Shown one piece after another: positions 11,041-20,842 of a stretch of DNA of 64,000 bases (position 1 is its first letter; the number at the start of each line of letters is the position of its first letter). The stretch lies in NCBI GenBank assembly GCA_964291415.2, contig OZ219917.1:1120001-1184000 (forward strand). The letters run 5' to 3'. The notes beneath the pieces are model-generated. The model saw nothing but the letters and a program-made list of their open reading frames with translations, ran no database searches and was not told the DNA's origin. The DNA comes from Alphaproteobacteria bacterium. GTDB taxonomy: Bacteria; Pseudomonadota; Alphaproteobacteria; SP197. The translations under genes were made by a program, and so were the position numbers.

Positions 11041-11266
11041 ATGGCCGAGAACGTCACCAACGAACTGATCCTCGAACATCTCAAGGCTATCCAGTCAAGG
11101 CTTTCGACAATCGAAGGCCGTCTGCAGAGTCTTGAGACCGACATGCGCAGCCTGAAGGGTCACATGGTCAGCTTCCTGCAGGCCTGAGGTTGCTCAGGAC
11201 GGCTCGATTGCCGCCATCCATGCACGTCTGGAACGTATCGAGCGCCGCCTCGATCTCTCGGATTGA
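11041..11266 (+). pseudogene. Small coiled-coil protein, one frameshift
   Basis: MAENVTNELILEHLKAIQSRL...FLQA* continues in a shifted frame as EVAQDGSIAAIHARLERIERRLDLSD*. Confidence 0.6.
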
Positions 11267-11379
11267 GGAACCAGTCCCGCGTCTTTTCTGTCACGGTGTT
11301 GGTGGGACATCGAGAAGAAAGCGGCGTGTGCTGGCACAAGACCAGTCCGCCTGTCCGAAGAGAATGGCGGCTCGAACCG

Positions 11380-11470
11380 GAAGACCGGACCATATGGATC
11401 CAGGATAGCCTTCATGATCTGAGGGATCTCAATGACTCGTCCGTCGATCTGATCTATCCGGGCCCGCCAC
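11380..11470 (+). pseudogene. N-terminal fragment of an N4/N6 DNA methyltransferase
   Basis: DRTIWIQDSLHDLRDLNDSSVDLIYPGPP resembles the GDNL..L....SVDLIYLDPP motif. Confidence 0.55.
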
Positions 11471-11732
11471 TGACCCCAAAGCCAGTTATGCGTGTCCGGC
11501 AGGCTCACAGGCGGTTGGCGCAGCCATCCGTGCCTGCAACTCGCGGTTCTCAGCTGCAGCCCTCGCAAGCGAGCGTCTCGGGAAGGATTGACCCGAAGAT
11601 CGCAACCAACCCATACCCGGCACCGGGCTACGCCTTGACCTCGAGCAATGCTCTGACAGCCGTTTCAGGGCTTCCATTCCTGTTGTCGAGGCACGTTGCA
11701 TTGCGAGATCTACTGGTGGTTGCGAAAGGGCG

Positions 11733-12641
11733 TCATGGCCGGAACGTCGGATGTCCGGGATGTCCGACACGCAGGCGCAGGAAGGTCGTTTCCGCGGTGA
11801 CGAAGAGATCGCGCATGTCGTCGCCCCCAAAGCAGAAATTGGCCGGAAACCGGGGAGTCAGGATGACGCCGAGCAGGGTGGCGTTGGCGTCGAAGACATG
11901 AATTCCGCCCGGCCCGCCGCACCAGACATTGCCCATGGCATCGACCTTCATGCCGTCCGGTGAGCCGCTTCCAAGCGTGCCGTCGTCGTCCCGCGTCTCG
12001 GCGAAGACCATGCCGCCGGAGGCGCTGCCCTCGGCGTCGATCTCGTAGACCCTGATGTGCTGGCGTTCGCTGTCGTTGACGTAGAGGCGCGACCTGTCGG
12101 GTGAGAAGCACAAGCCGTTCGGTCCATCGTAGTCTTCGTCGACGAGGTGAAGATCGCCCGAGGGGTCGATCCGGAAGACGCCGCGGAAAGGCAGGTCCGG
12201 CTCGCGCACAACGCCAGTGCCGCTCTCCCGGCCGTAGAGGGGATCGGTGAACCAGATGCCGCCGTGATCGTCGACGACGATGTCATTGGGGCTGTTCAGT
12301 TCGCGGCCCTGCCAGCTGTCCGCCAGCAAGGTCGACTCGCCGTTGTGCTCGAGCCGGCAAACTCGGCTGGAGGCGTGTTCGCACATCAGCAGCCGGCCAC
12401 GGGTGTCGTAGCAGGTGCCGTTGGTCATGTTGCTGGGTTCGCGCAGGACTTCGACCGTACCGGACGAGGCGTGCCAGCGGTGAATGCGGTTCGACGGAAT
12501 GTCGGTGAACGTCACATGACGTTCCGCCGGATGCCATGACGGTCCTTCGGTGAACCTGAACCCCTCGGCCAGCGTTTCGAAGCCGGCGTTCTCGACGACG
12601 AGATCCCGAAAACGGTCATGGACAGTGCGATAGATAGACAT
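11733..12641 (-). CDS. SMP-30/gluconolactonase family protein
   Basis: FTEGPSW, LNSPND, WFTDP, PNGLCFSPD, PDGMKVD, ANFCFGG. Confidence 0.92.
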   Translation of the reverse strand: MSIYRTVHDRFRDLVVENAGFETLAEGFRFTEGPSWHPAERHVTFTDIPSNRIHRWHASSGTVEVLREPSNMTNGTCYDTRGRLLMCEHASSRVCRLEHNGESTLLADSWQGRELNSPNDIVVDDHGGIWFTDPLYGRESGTGVVREPDLPFRGVFRIDPSGDLHLVDEDYDGPNGLCFSPDRSRLYVNDSERQHIRVYEIDAEGSASGGMVFAETRDDDGTLGSGSPDGMKVDAMGNVWCGGPGGIHVFDANATLLGVILTPRFPANFCFGGDDMRDLFVTAETTFLRLRVGHPGHPTFRP

Positions 12642-12915
12642 GACCTACTCCCGCCTCACACCGCCACCCGACCGGCTTGCCGGCGCCGAACAGCCAGCTG
12701 ACGGTCGTGGCCGGCGTCCCGACACCTTCCACGAAGGCTCTGTGCCAGGATTCGAAGTAGCCCGTGAACCCGGTTCCGGAGCCATCGTCGTCGGCATGAT
12801 CGTCACCCCTTCCTGTTTGCGCGTGCCAGTGCGACGAGGCTTACCATCACGCCCGAATTTGCGCCAGACACGTCAGAACGCGCCAACACGTTGAGGTTGC
12901 GGTTCGCGGTCGCGG

Positions 12916-13118
12916 ATGGGTCGCGATGTACCGCTCACGCGTCGCGCGCTTGCCCTCGAGCGGCACTCCCGGTTCGAGGGCGCCATGCGGGCCGGCGAAC
13001 GCCTCGTTCGAGAGTTCGAACTCGCAGAGGTGCCCGCACGACGGCTCGTCGAGGCAATGGAACAGGAACCCGGCATACTGGTACTCATGGTGGACGCACA
13101 TACCGGAATCTCCGGCGC
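12916..13118 (+). pseudogene. Internal fragment of an XRE-ImmA/IrrE-type protein
   Basis: AGERLVREFELAEVPA..L.EAME..GILVLMVDA..GISGA precedes the peptidase domain in this family; no N- or C-terminus present. Confidence 0.5.
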
Positions 13119-13487
13119 GTCGGCGAGCAGTTCGACCACCATGAGCGCGCCGCTTTCGGTGCGAGTCTGCCACCGCCATGAGAGCCTTTGGCCTCTTTCG
13201 TTCGTCGACCGCTCGAACCCCATCGCTCGCAGGTTCTCCTCAAGCGTGCGATAGCCCGCGGTATCGGCCAGGATCTGCAGGTCGATGACAACATCCACGT
13301 CGAGCGTGCCGGCGTGCGCCGGCACATCCGGCGGCCTAGCCGCCACCAGGTATCGGGGAGTCAGTCCACCCACCAGAAACAACGACTCCTTCCACGCGCC
13401 CAGTCCGCGCAGCAGGGTTACGAGGACGCGTTCGCACTCGAGGGTGTATTGATCGCTGTAACCATCGAACGTCGCGGGCTTCACCAT
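13108..13487 (-). pseudogene. Truncated AbiEii-like nucleotidyltransferase toxin
   Basis: LVGGLTPRYL..HAGTLDVDVVID NTase motif; family-like sequence ends at LLADAPEI. Confidence 0.7.
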
Positions 13488-14587
13488 CAGAAACCGATCC
13501 TCTCCTGCCGCAAGTGCTTGGCCATTTCCCTGGCGCGGCCCTCGCTGCGCATCAGGTCGAGATAAACCTGCACGGCGCCTGCCAGCCAGATCCCGTTCAC
13601 GGACTCGCGAAACAGCAACTCACCCGGCGACCTGACCTCGATGACCGCCAGGTTCGCGCCTTGGTCAACGACCCGGGCATCCAGTGCGCCGAGAGCCCGG
13701 TCTGCTCCCGGTCCGTCCAGCAGCCGACAACGCACTTGGGAGATAGTCGACAGGAATGGCGCGTACCGTTGCCCTGCCGCCTCGTGAGTGATCGCGTACT
13801 CCGCCCTGCTCTCGGCGCAGACCTCGGCGAACTTCTCCACCAGCCCTTCCGCGCGCGCCGACGGCACGAAGTAACGCCGCATGGACAATGGCCGCATCAC
13901 CGCCTGCTGGTTCACCCATGCATCCAGCAAGGCGCCCGGCTCTTGCAGATGGCGTTCCTTTCCCGGCCCCTGTCCACGCGACACCACCCAATCGAGTTTT
14001 TCCAGCTCCGTCAGCACCTGCGAGGCGGTCGCGGGCGATACCCGGGCCTGGTTGGCGATGTCCTTCACTCCGAACCACTCGCGATGTCGCAGCAGGACCG
14101 CGTGCAACACTTGTGCACGACGGCCGGAAAACACGGAACGGATGGACCGCGACAGGCTTTTCGGAGGCGGCTTGTCCACATACACGTAGATGTTGACGGC
14201 TGGAAGAAACAGGCTGCCGCCACTGTCGTAGTAGCCAACCCGCTCGTTCCTCAGTAGTTCCTTGGCTCCAGGTGAAATCGATTGGGCAATCAAGACGATC
14301 ACTGCCAGCCGCCCTTCTGCTGGCTCAAGCCATCCACGTGCAGGTTCCCGGAACGTCCATAGCACCTGCCGCACGTCACGGGGATATACCTCCTTCTTCA
14401 CCTGTATCAGCAAGGTGGCCGCCTTCCCGTCCGTTCGGAGGTCAACCTGTGCGTCATGTCCTCGATCGGGGCCATCCGGTTGTTCGATCCCACTGAGCTC
14501 CGCCTGCACCCCGGGCAGCTCCTGCAGGGCCTCCAGGAACCCTTCAAGCAACCGTCCCTCCACTGCGTCCGAGTCGAGCATCACCAT
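13487..14587 (-). CDS. Type IV TA AbiEi-family antitoxin
   Basis: wHTH VSPATASQVL..LE, LLDAW, C-terminal VQVYLDL....RARE.A; coupled to the NTase gene. Confidence 0.8.
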   Translation of the reverse strand: MVMLDSDAVEGRLLEGFLEALQELPGVQAELSGIEQPDGPDRGHDAQVDLRTDGKAATLLIQVKKEVYPRDVRQVLWTFREPARGWLEPAEGRLAVIVLIAQSISPGAKELLRNERVGYYDSGGSLFLPAVNIYVYVDKPPPKSLSRSIRSVFSGRRAQVLHAVLLRHREWFGVKDIANQARVSPATASQVLTELEKLDWVVSRGQGPGKERHLQEPGALLDAWVNQQAVMRPLSMRRYFVPSARAEGLVEKFAEVCAESRAEYAITHEAAGQRYAPFLSTISQVRCRLLDGPGADRALGALDARVVDQGANLAVIEVRSPGELLFRESVNGIWLAGAVQVYLDLMRSEGRAREMAKHLRQERIGF

Positions 14588-14596
14588 TCTTTCTTA

Positions 14597-14671
14597 ATTT
14601 GCTGTACAGCAAATATACGCATTCTAGATGATCTTCAAGAAAATGGGAATATTCGCTGCGTAGCGAATATT
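14597..14671. promoter_or_regulatory. Two related palindromes, putative AbiEi operators
   Basis: ATTTGCTGTACAGCAAAT (14597-14614) and AATATTCGCTGCGTAGCGAATATT (14648-14671). Confidence 0.7.
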
Positions 14672-15179
14672 GCAGATGAGCATGCCAAGGTCCCGTGGCT
14701 CGCTGGCCGGCGAAGGGTAGCCGAGGTGCCTCATACCGCCCGCCTTCGCAATCGCGATCCGAAGTGCCGGAGCGGTCCCGACCCGTTGCGAACGCCGTGC
14801 GATCCCAAGCCTGTTTCCGGGACGACAGGCAGTTCAATGCTCCACACCCGCCGACAGCATGGTTTCGCTACTCCCGTTGGGTTCCTGTTTGGTTTGATAG
14901 GAGTCCGTGGCTTCTTTCACATTGAGTGTGTGGTGGATTGGCCGGGATGGTGGACGGGCCGCGGGAAGGGACGCCGTTGCAGCGCTGGCCCGGGCCCGTA
15001 GCGTTGGTCGTTCCGCAAGGAGGAGGCCCGCGCGGAGATTGTGTCCTCGGCGGGCCTGTGGCCGGTATGCAGCCTCGTTACGCAACGGGGCTACCGACGA
15101 AGAGTGCGTTGGGGCCGAGCGGGAGGCCTTGGATGCGTGGAAAGTACAGAGATGGAGCAACGTGAGAACGCTCCGGGCG

Positions 15180-15370
15180 GACGAGCTCGAAATCATGTCT
15201 GAGCACCAATCCAGCACGATTTGGAACGTCGCGTACTTCTGGAGCTTGAATGTCCGTCTGTGACAATTGAACGGCGATACCTGGTGTTTGCAGACTTCGC
15301 GGTCGGTTCGCACGAGATCGACCTGGCGGGCCTTGTGCTGGCAGTCGAGGCCAAGTCGGGAACCGGTGCC
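15180..15370 (+). pseudogene. NERD-like nuclease domain remnant
   Basis: APIQHDLERRVL...VFADFAVGSHEIDL...LAVEAK. Confidence 0.45.
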
Positions 15371-15451
15371 GGGGGCGGGTCATGGGCTACCTTTGACACG
15401 TCTGCGGCAGGACGTACAGGATGGGAATGGTGCTTGACGGGAGAGTCCTTC

Positions 15452-16384
15452 GTGAGCGGTTTTCCCTATTCCCGCGTGGCGGTCACGGGCGGCAGCGGCC
15501 GCCTTGGTCGCTACGTGGTGAGGCATCTCGCACCGGTCTGCGACGTCGCCGTCATCGACATCGAAGCCGGTGACGGCGAGGCGTGCTTGTGTGACGTGCG
15601 CGACATCGATGCTGTGCGGGGAGCGTTGCGGGGGTGCCAGGCGGTGGTTCACCTTGCGGCTCTCGATGATGGCGTCGTCGAGGAGGAAGAAGCTTACGTG
15701 GACGTCAACCTGCGCGGCACGTGGAACGTTCTGCAGGCATCCGAAGAACTTGGCATCTCGCGCGTGGTCCTGGCCTCGAGCGTGGCCGCCCTGGGAATTG
15801 GCGCCGACAATCCGCCTGGCGTGCTGCCGTTGCCGGTAGACACCGAACTCCTGCCCCGCCAGGCCTACGGCATGACGAAGAAGGTGGCGGAGGAATTCGC
15901 CCGGGCCTTCGTTGGCCGCGGACACCTCGAGGTCCTCGCGCTGAGACCGAGCCTTGTTGCCCAGCCCGACATCACGTGGTCCATGGCGCAGACGGCCAGC
16001 GAGGCCGATGGCACCGAGCCGCCGCCCGCCGCCAGCGGAGCAGGATGGCGGATCCTGCGCGAACCGCTGGCCATCACCAGGGCCTTCGTGTCACCCGACG
16101 ATGCGGCCCGGGCCTTCCGCGCGGCCCTTGAAGTGCGCGGCATCCGGAGCGGCAGCTTCTATGTCACAGGCCCGGATACCTGCTCGGCCCTGAAGACCGC
16201 CGACGCCATCGAGCGGACATGCGGTCGCCGGCCGGCGATCGGTGATGCGGATCTCTACCGGCGCCATCCGCGCGCCAGCGCCTTCGACCTGCGGCCGTCT
16301 AGGGAGGTCCTGGGGTGGCAGCCCGAGGATTGCTGGGCCGATCATCTGGCCCGTGTCATTGCTTCCGCCGGAACGTCCTCATGA
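15452..16384 (+). CDS. NAD-dependent epimerase/dehydratase
   Basis: VAVTGGSGRLG, VVHLAA, YGMTK (YxxxK); GTG start after GGAGAG. Confidence 0.88.
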   Translation: MSGFPYSRVAVTGGSGRLGRYVVRHLAPVCDVAVIDIEAGDGEACLCDVRDIDAVRGALRGCQAVVHLAALDDGVVEEEEAYVDVNLRGTWNVLQASEELGISRVVLASSVAALGIGADNPPGVLPLPVDTELLPRQAYGMTKKVAEEFARAFVGRGHLEVLALRPSLVAQPDITWSMAQTASEADGTEPPPAASGAGWRILREPLAITRAFVSPDDAARAFRAALEVRGIRSGSFYVTGPDTCSALKTADAIERTCGRRPAIGDADLYRRHPRASAFDLRPSREVLGWQPEDCWADHLARVIASAGTSS

Positions 16385-17889
16385 CCGTGATCCTGAGAGG
16401 TGCGCGCATCCTCGATGCCGATAACCGGGATGCGCCGTTTCGTGACATATACGTCGATGACGGCACCGTCCGTGACGTGATGCCGTCAGGAACCGCCGGT
16501 CCCGACGGCGTGCCGGTGAGGGATGTGTCCGGCCATCTGGTCATTCCCGGACTCGTCAACGGTCACACCCACGGTCATGGCAGCCTCGGCAAGGGCCGAG
16601 GTGATCGATGGTCGCTGGAACTGTTGCTCAATGCCGGTGTGTGGATCAGCGGGCAACGCACCGCCGAGGACATGTACCTCGCCACGCTGCTCAATGCCGC
16701 GGAGATGATCCGTCGGGGGTGCACGGCCACCTATGACCTGACACTTGAACTGCCGCACCCCAGTCCTGACGGCATCCGCGAGGTGGCCAGGGCCTACGAG
16801 GATGCCGGCATGCGCGCCGTGGTCGCGCCCATGGTGGCGGACATCGGTTTCCACGACCTTGTGCCGGGTCTTGGCGAGGCTCTCGAGCCCGGGCTGCGGG
16901 ATACCGTGAAAGCCTGGACTCCCGAACCCTGGCAGGTGTCGATCGACGCCTGCCGCGACATCGTCCGGGACTGGTCCCCTGCCGGCGACATGGTGCGCCC
17001 GGGCCTCGCCCCGACGATACCGATGCATTGCACGGATGAGTTTCTCGAGGCCTGCCGTGATCTCGTCAGGGAGTACTCCCTGCCCGTTCACATGCACATG
17101 GCCGAGTCGAAGTTCCAGTCGGTTCTCGGTCATGAGACCTATGGCATGTCGCTCACCCGCCACGTCGACAGGATCGGACTGGTGAACGAGCGGTTCACCG
17201 CGGCACACGGTGTCTGGCTCGATGACGACGAGATGCGTCTCCTCGCCGATCGCGGCGCCTCCGTGGTCCACAACCCGGGCAGCAATCTGCGGCTGGGGTC
17301 GGGTCTTGCCGCGGTGCGCCGCATGCTTCAAGCCGGACTCAACGTTGCCGTGGGTTCGGACGGCTCCAACTCTTCGGACAACCAGAACATGTTCGAGGCG
17401 ATGCGCCTTGCCACCTTCGTGTCACGGGTCATGACACACGATCTCTCCCGATGGGTGTCGGCCGAAGAAGCCTTCCGCATGACCACCCTGGGTGGCGCCC
17501 GCGCCATGGGCCTCGACGGCCGCACAGGACGGATCGCGCCTGGATACCTGGCGGATCTCGCCTTCATCGACCTGGGAGATCTCGCCTGGCTTCCGCTCAA
17601 CGATCCGCTCAACCAGCTGGTCTATGCCGACGACGGCGGATCGGTCGACCACGTGATGATCAACGGACGCATGGTCTACGAGAACCGGCGGTTCACGACC
17701 ATCGACATCGACGCCCTCGCAGCACGGATCAACCGCGCCATGGAACGCCTCAATGCGGCAACGGGCGAACGGCGCAAGGCCGTGAAGGCCCTCGAGCCCG
17801 TCGTGGCCGACCTCTGCGTCTGCTTCATGTCACGGCCGTGGCACGTCCATCGCATGTGCGACGAAGCGGCGGAGAGCGGGGACCGATGA
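16381..17889 (+). CDS. Amidohydrolase (deaminase/chlorohydrolase-like)
   Basis: PGLVNGHTH, HMHMAES, AHGVW, HNPGSNLRLGSG, GSDG. Confidence 0.9.
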   Translation: MTVILRGARILDADNRDAPFRDIYVDDGTVRDVMPSGTAGPDGVPVRDVSGHLVIPGLVNGHTHGHGSLGKGRGDRWSLELLLNAGVWISGQRTAEDMYLATLLNAAEMIRRGCTATYDLTLELPHPSPDGIREVARAYEDAGMRAVVAPMVADIGFHDLVPGLGEALEPGLRDTVKAWTPEPWQVSIDACRDIVRDWSPAGDMVRPGLAPTIPMHCTDEFLEACRDLVREYSLPVHMHMAESKFQSVLGHETYGMSLTRHVDRIGLVNERFTAAHGVWLDDDEMRLLADRGASVVHNPGSNLRLGSGLAAVRRMLQAGLNVAVGSDGSNSSDNQNMFEAMRLATFVSRVMTHDLSRWVSAEEAFRMTTLGGARAMGLDGRTGRIAPGYLADLAFIDLGDLAWLPLNDPLNQLVYADDGGSVDHVMINGRMVYENRRFTTIDIDALAARINRAMERLNAATGERRKAVKALEPVVADLCVCFMSRPWHVHRMCDEAAESGDR

Positions 17890-19229
17890 CGATGGAACTC
17901 GTCATCAGGGGCGATCTCGTGACGCCAGCGGGCGTGGTGGACAGCGGCTGGGCCGGTGTGGTCGACGGTGTCATCGCCGCGACCGGTTCGAACGAGCCCC
18001 CTGCTGCCCGGCAGACGGTCGATCACAGGGGAAAGCTGGTGTTTCCCGGGGTCGTGGACGGTCAGACCCATGCCGGCTCGATCGCCGGGTTCGACGGCCT
18101 CGAGGATCTGACCAGGAGCGCCGCCGCGGGTGGCGTGACGACCATTGTCGACATGCCCTTCGACGAGCCCGATCCGGTGTGGAGCCGCGATCTGCTCGAC
18201 GCCAAGATTGCCACCGCCAACCGTGTGGCCCACGTCGATGTGGCGCTCTACGGATCCGTGAAGAAGGTGGTCGAGACCGACGAGATCGCCCGCCTTGCCG
18301 ACGGCGGCGTGTGCGCATTCAAGATGTCGACCTATGAATCCAATCCTCACCGGTTTCCGCGGATTCCCCATGACCAGATGGCGCGGGCCTTTGCGGCCAT
18401 TGCCGACACCGGCCTCACGGTGGCGGTTCACAACGAAGACCAGGAAGTGGTCGATCACGCCATCGGCGCATTCAGGGACGAAGGGCGCCGGGACGCCGGT
18501 TGCCATCATCCGAGCCGGCCGCCGCTCGCGGAACTCCTCGCCAACGCCGTCATTCTGGAACTCGGGGCCGCGACAGGCGCCCGGGCCCACATCGTCCATT
18601 CCTCGCTGGCCCGCGGATTCGACATGGCGCGCCAGTACCGGGATCAGGGCTACCAGGTGACGGCGGAGACCTGCATCCACTATCTGACGTTCGACGAGGC
18701 GGACGTGCTGGCCATGGGTGCGAGGGGCAAGGTCAACCCGCCCATCAGGCCCGACGAGAAGGAGGCAATCTGGCTGCGCGTGGCAGCGGGAGACGCGGCA
18801 TTCGTCTCCTCCGATCACTGTTCATGGCCTCTCGAACGCAAGTCCGATGACGATATCTTCGCGGCGGCGCCGGGTGCCCCCGGGGTCGAGTGCCTCCTCG
18901 CCGTCATGTTGAGCGAGGCGGAAAAGCGCGGCCATGATCCCGGTCTTGTCGCCTCCATGCTGTGCGAGGGCCCGGCCCGGCACTTCGGCCTGTGGCCGGC
19001 GAAAGGCGCCATCCGTGAAGGGGCCGACGCCGATTTCGCTGTCATCGAGCGCGGTGACTGCCGCCACGACGATGCCTCACTTCACTGCCGGTTGGCACCC
19101 TGGACGCCCTATCACGGCAGGGAGCTTTCGGGACGGGTCTGCGAGACCTGGTTGCGCGGTCACAGGATTTTCGATGGACGGAATGTCCTTTCCCGTCCCG
19201 GGGACGGCAGGTTCGTCAGGCCCGTCTGA
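17886..19229 (+). CDS. Cyclic amidohydrolase (allantoinase/hydantoinase family)
   Basis: AAAGGVTTIVDMP, VHNED, AETCIHYL, KVNPPIR, SSDH. Confidence 0.88.
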   Translation: MTMELVIRGDLVTPAGVVDSGWAGVVDGVIAATGSNEPPAARQTVDHRGKLVFPGVVDGQTHAGSIAGFDGLEDLTRSAAAGGVTTIVDMPFDEPDPVWSRDLLDAKIATANRVAHVDVALYGSVKKVVETDEIARLADGGVCAFKMSTYESNPHRFPRIPHDQMARAFAAIADTGLTVAVHNEDQEVVDHAIGAFRDEGRRDAGCHHPSRPPLAELLANAVILELGAATGARAHIVHSSLARGFDMARQYRDQGYQVTAETCIHYLTFDEADVLAMGARGKVNPPIRPDEKEAIWLRVAAGDAAFVSSDHCSWPLERKSDDDIFAAAPGAPGVECLLAVMLSEAEKRGHDPGLVASMLCEGPARHFGLWPAKGAIREGADADFAVIERGDCRHDDASLHCRLAPWTPYHGRELSGRVCETWLRGHRIFDGRNVLSRPGDGRFVRPV

Positions 19230-19232
19230 GCC

Positions 19233-19913
19233 ATGGCACGGCGCATTCTCGTCATCAATCCCAACAGCAGCCGCGACGTCACCGCGGCGATGTCACAGGC
19301 TCTCGAGATCTTCCGTTTCGCCGGTGGGCCCGTCATCGACTGCATCACCCTCGACGACGGCCCGCCCGGTGTCGAGACCGACCGCCACATCGCCGAGGTC
19401 TCGGGACTCGTCGTCCGCGCGATCGAAGAGGAAGAGGCTGACGCCTATGTCATTGCCTGCTTCAGCGATCCGGGCCTCCACGCCGCCCGGGAGGTGCGCA
19501 GCCGGCCGGTCTTCGGCATCGGTGGCTCGGCCTACGCGGCGGCCATGGCAACAGGTGAGCGCTTCGGCATCATCTCGATCCTGCCGGTGGCTCTTCCCCG
19601 GCACCGGCGCCATGTCGCTTCCCTGGGGCTTTCCGATCATCTGGCCGGTGACATGGCCATCGACCTTGCCGTGACGGAGCTCTCGGCAGAGGACCTGGTT
19701 CTCGAACGCATGACCCGGGCCGGCATGTCACTGAGGGACGATCACGGCGCCGGCGTGATCATCATGGGCTGTGCCGGCATGGCACGCTACCACGCCCGCC
19801 TCGAGGCAAGGCTTGAGCTGCCGGTCATCGAGCCAACGCGGGCGGCAACGGCGCTGGCGCTCAATGCCCTGGCAACATCCCAGACCCGGCAGGAAGGAGG
19901 ATCTCCCCCTTGA
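19233..19913 (+). CDS. Asp/Glu/hydantoin racemase
   Basis: ILVINPNS, IACFSDPG, MGCAGM catalytic Cys pair. Confidence 0.9.
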   Translation: MARRILVINPNSSRDVTAAMSQALEIFRFAGGPVIDCITLDDGPPGVETDRHIAEVSGLVVRAIEEEEADAYVIACFSDPGLHAAREVRSRPVFGIGGSAYAAAMATGERFGIISILPVALPRHRRHVASLGLSDHLAGDMAIDLAVTELSAEDLVLERMTRAGMSLRDDHGAGVIIMGCAGMARYHARLEARLELPVIEPTRAATALALNALATSQTRQEGGSPP

Positions 19914-20842
19914 GCAGGCGAATCATGACAGTGGGCGGCGCCCAGATGGGACCGGTTCCGCGCTCGGATCCGCGGTCGAGGACCGTGGCCCGCATGGTGG
20001 ATCTCATGCGTCAGGCCCATGCGAGAGGGTGCCGGCTGGTGGTCTTTCCGGAACTGGCGCTGACGACGTTCTTTCCGCGCTGGCTGATCGAGGACGAGGA
20101 GGAACTGGCGGGCTTCTACGAGACGTCCATGCCGGGGCCCGAGACCCTGCCGCTCTTCGAGACGGCGCGCGAACTCGGTATCGGCTTTCACCTGGGCTAT
20201 GCCGAAATCGCCGAGGATGGCCGGTTCAACACGGCGATCCTGGTGAACCCGGACGGCAGGATTGTCGCCAGGTACCGCAAGATCCACCTTCCAGGCCATG
20301 CGGAGAACGATCCCGATCGCCAGTTCCAGCATCTCGAGAAGCGCTACTTTGACGTCGGCAACCTCGGGTTCAGGGTATGGGACACCATGGGCGGGCGGAT
20401 CGGCATGCTGATCTGCAACGACCGGCGCTGGCCCGAGGCCTTCCGCGTCCTGGGCCTTCAGGGAGTCGAGCTGGTCCTCATCGGCTACAACACGCCGACA
20501 CTCAATGGCCAGGCCTTCGAGCCGCCGCACCTGCGCATCCATCACAATCTGCTGACCATGCAGGCCGGCGCCTACCAGAACGGAACATGGGTGGTCGGCG
20601 TGGCGAAGGCAGGCCTCGAGGATGGAGTCCACATGATGGGTTCCAGCGCCATCGTCACCCCCAATGGTGAAATCGCGGCGCAGGCCAGCAGTCTCGATGA
20701 CGAATTGATCGTGGCCGACTGTGACCTCGATGCGGGCGCATACATCAAGGCCAATGTCTTCAACTTTGCCGCCCACCGGCGCACCGAGCACTATCGCCTG
20801 ATTGTCGAGACCACAGGTGTGGTGCCGCCTCTGGGCACATGA
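19910..20842 (+). CDS. N-carbamoyl-D-amino-acid hydrolase
   Basis: VFPELALTTFFPRW, YRKIHLPGH, QHLEKRYF, ICNDRRWPE. Confidence 0.92.
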   Translation: MSRRIMTVGGAQMGPVPRSDPRSRTVARMVDLMRQAHARGCRLVVFPELALTTFFPRWLIEDEEELAGFYETSMPGPETLPLFETARELGIGFHLGYAEIAEDGRFNTAILVNPDGRIVARYRKIHLPGHAENDPDRQFQHLEKRYFDVGNLGFRVWDTMGGRIGMLICNDRRWPEAFRVLGLQGVELVLIGYNTPTLNGQAFEPPHLRIHHNLLTMQAGAYQNGTWVVGVAKAGLEDGVHMMGSSAIVTPNGEIAAQASSLDDELIVADCDLDAGAYIKANVFNFAAHRRTEHYRLIVETTGVVPPLGT

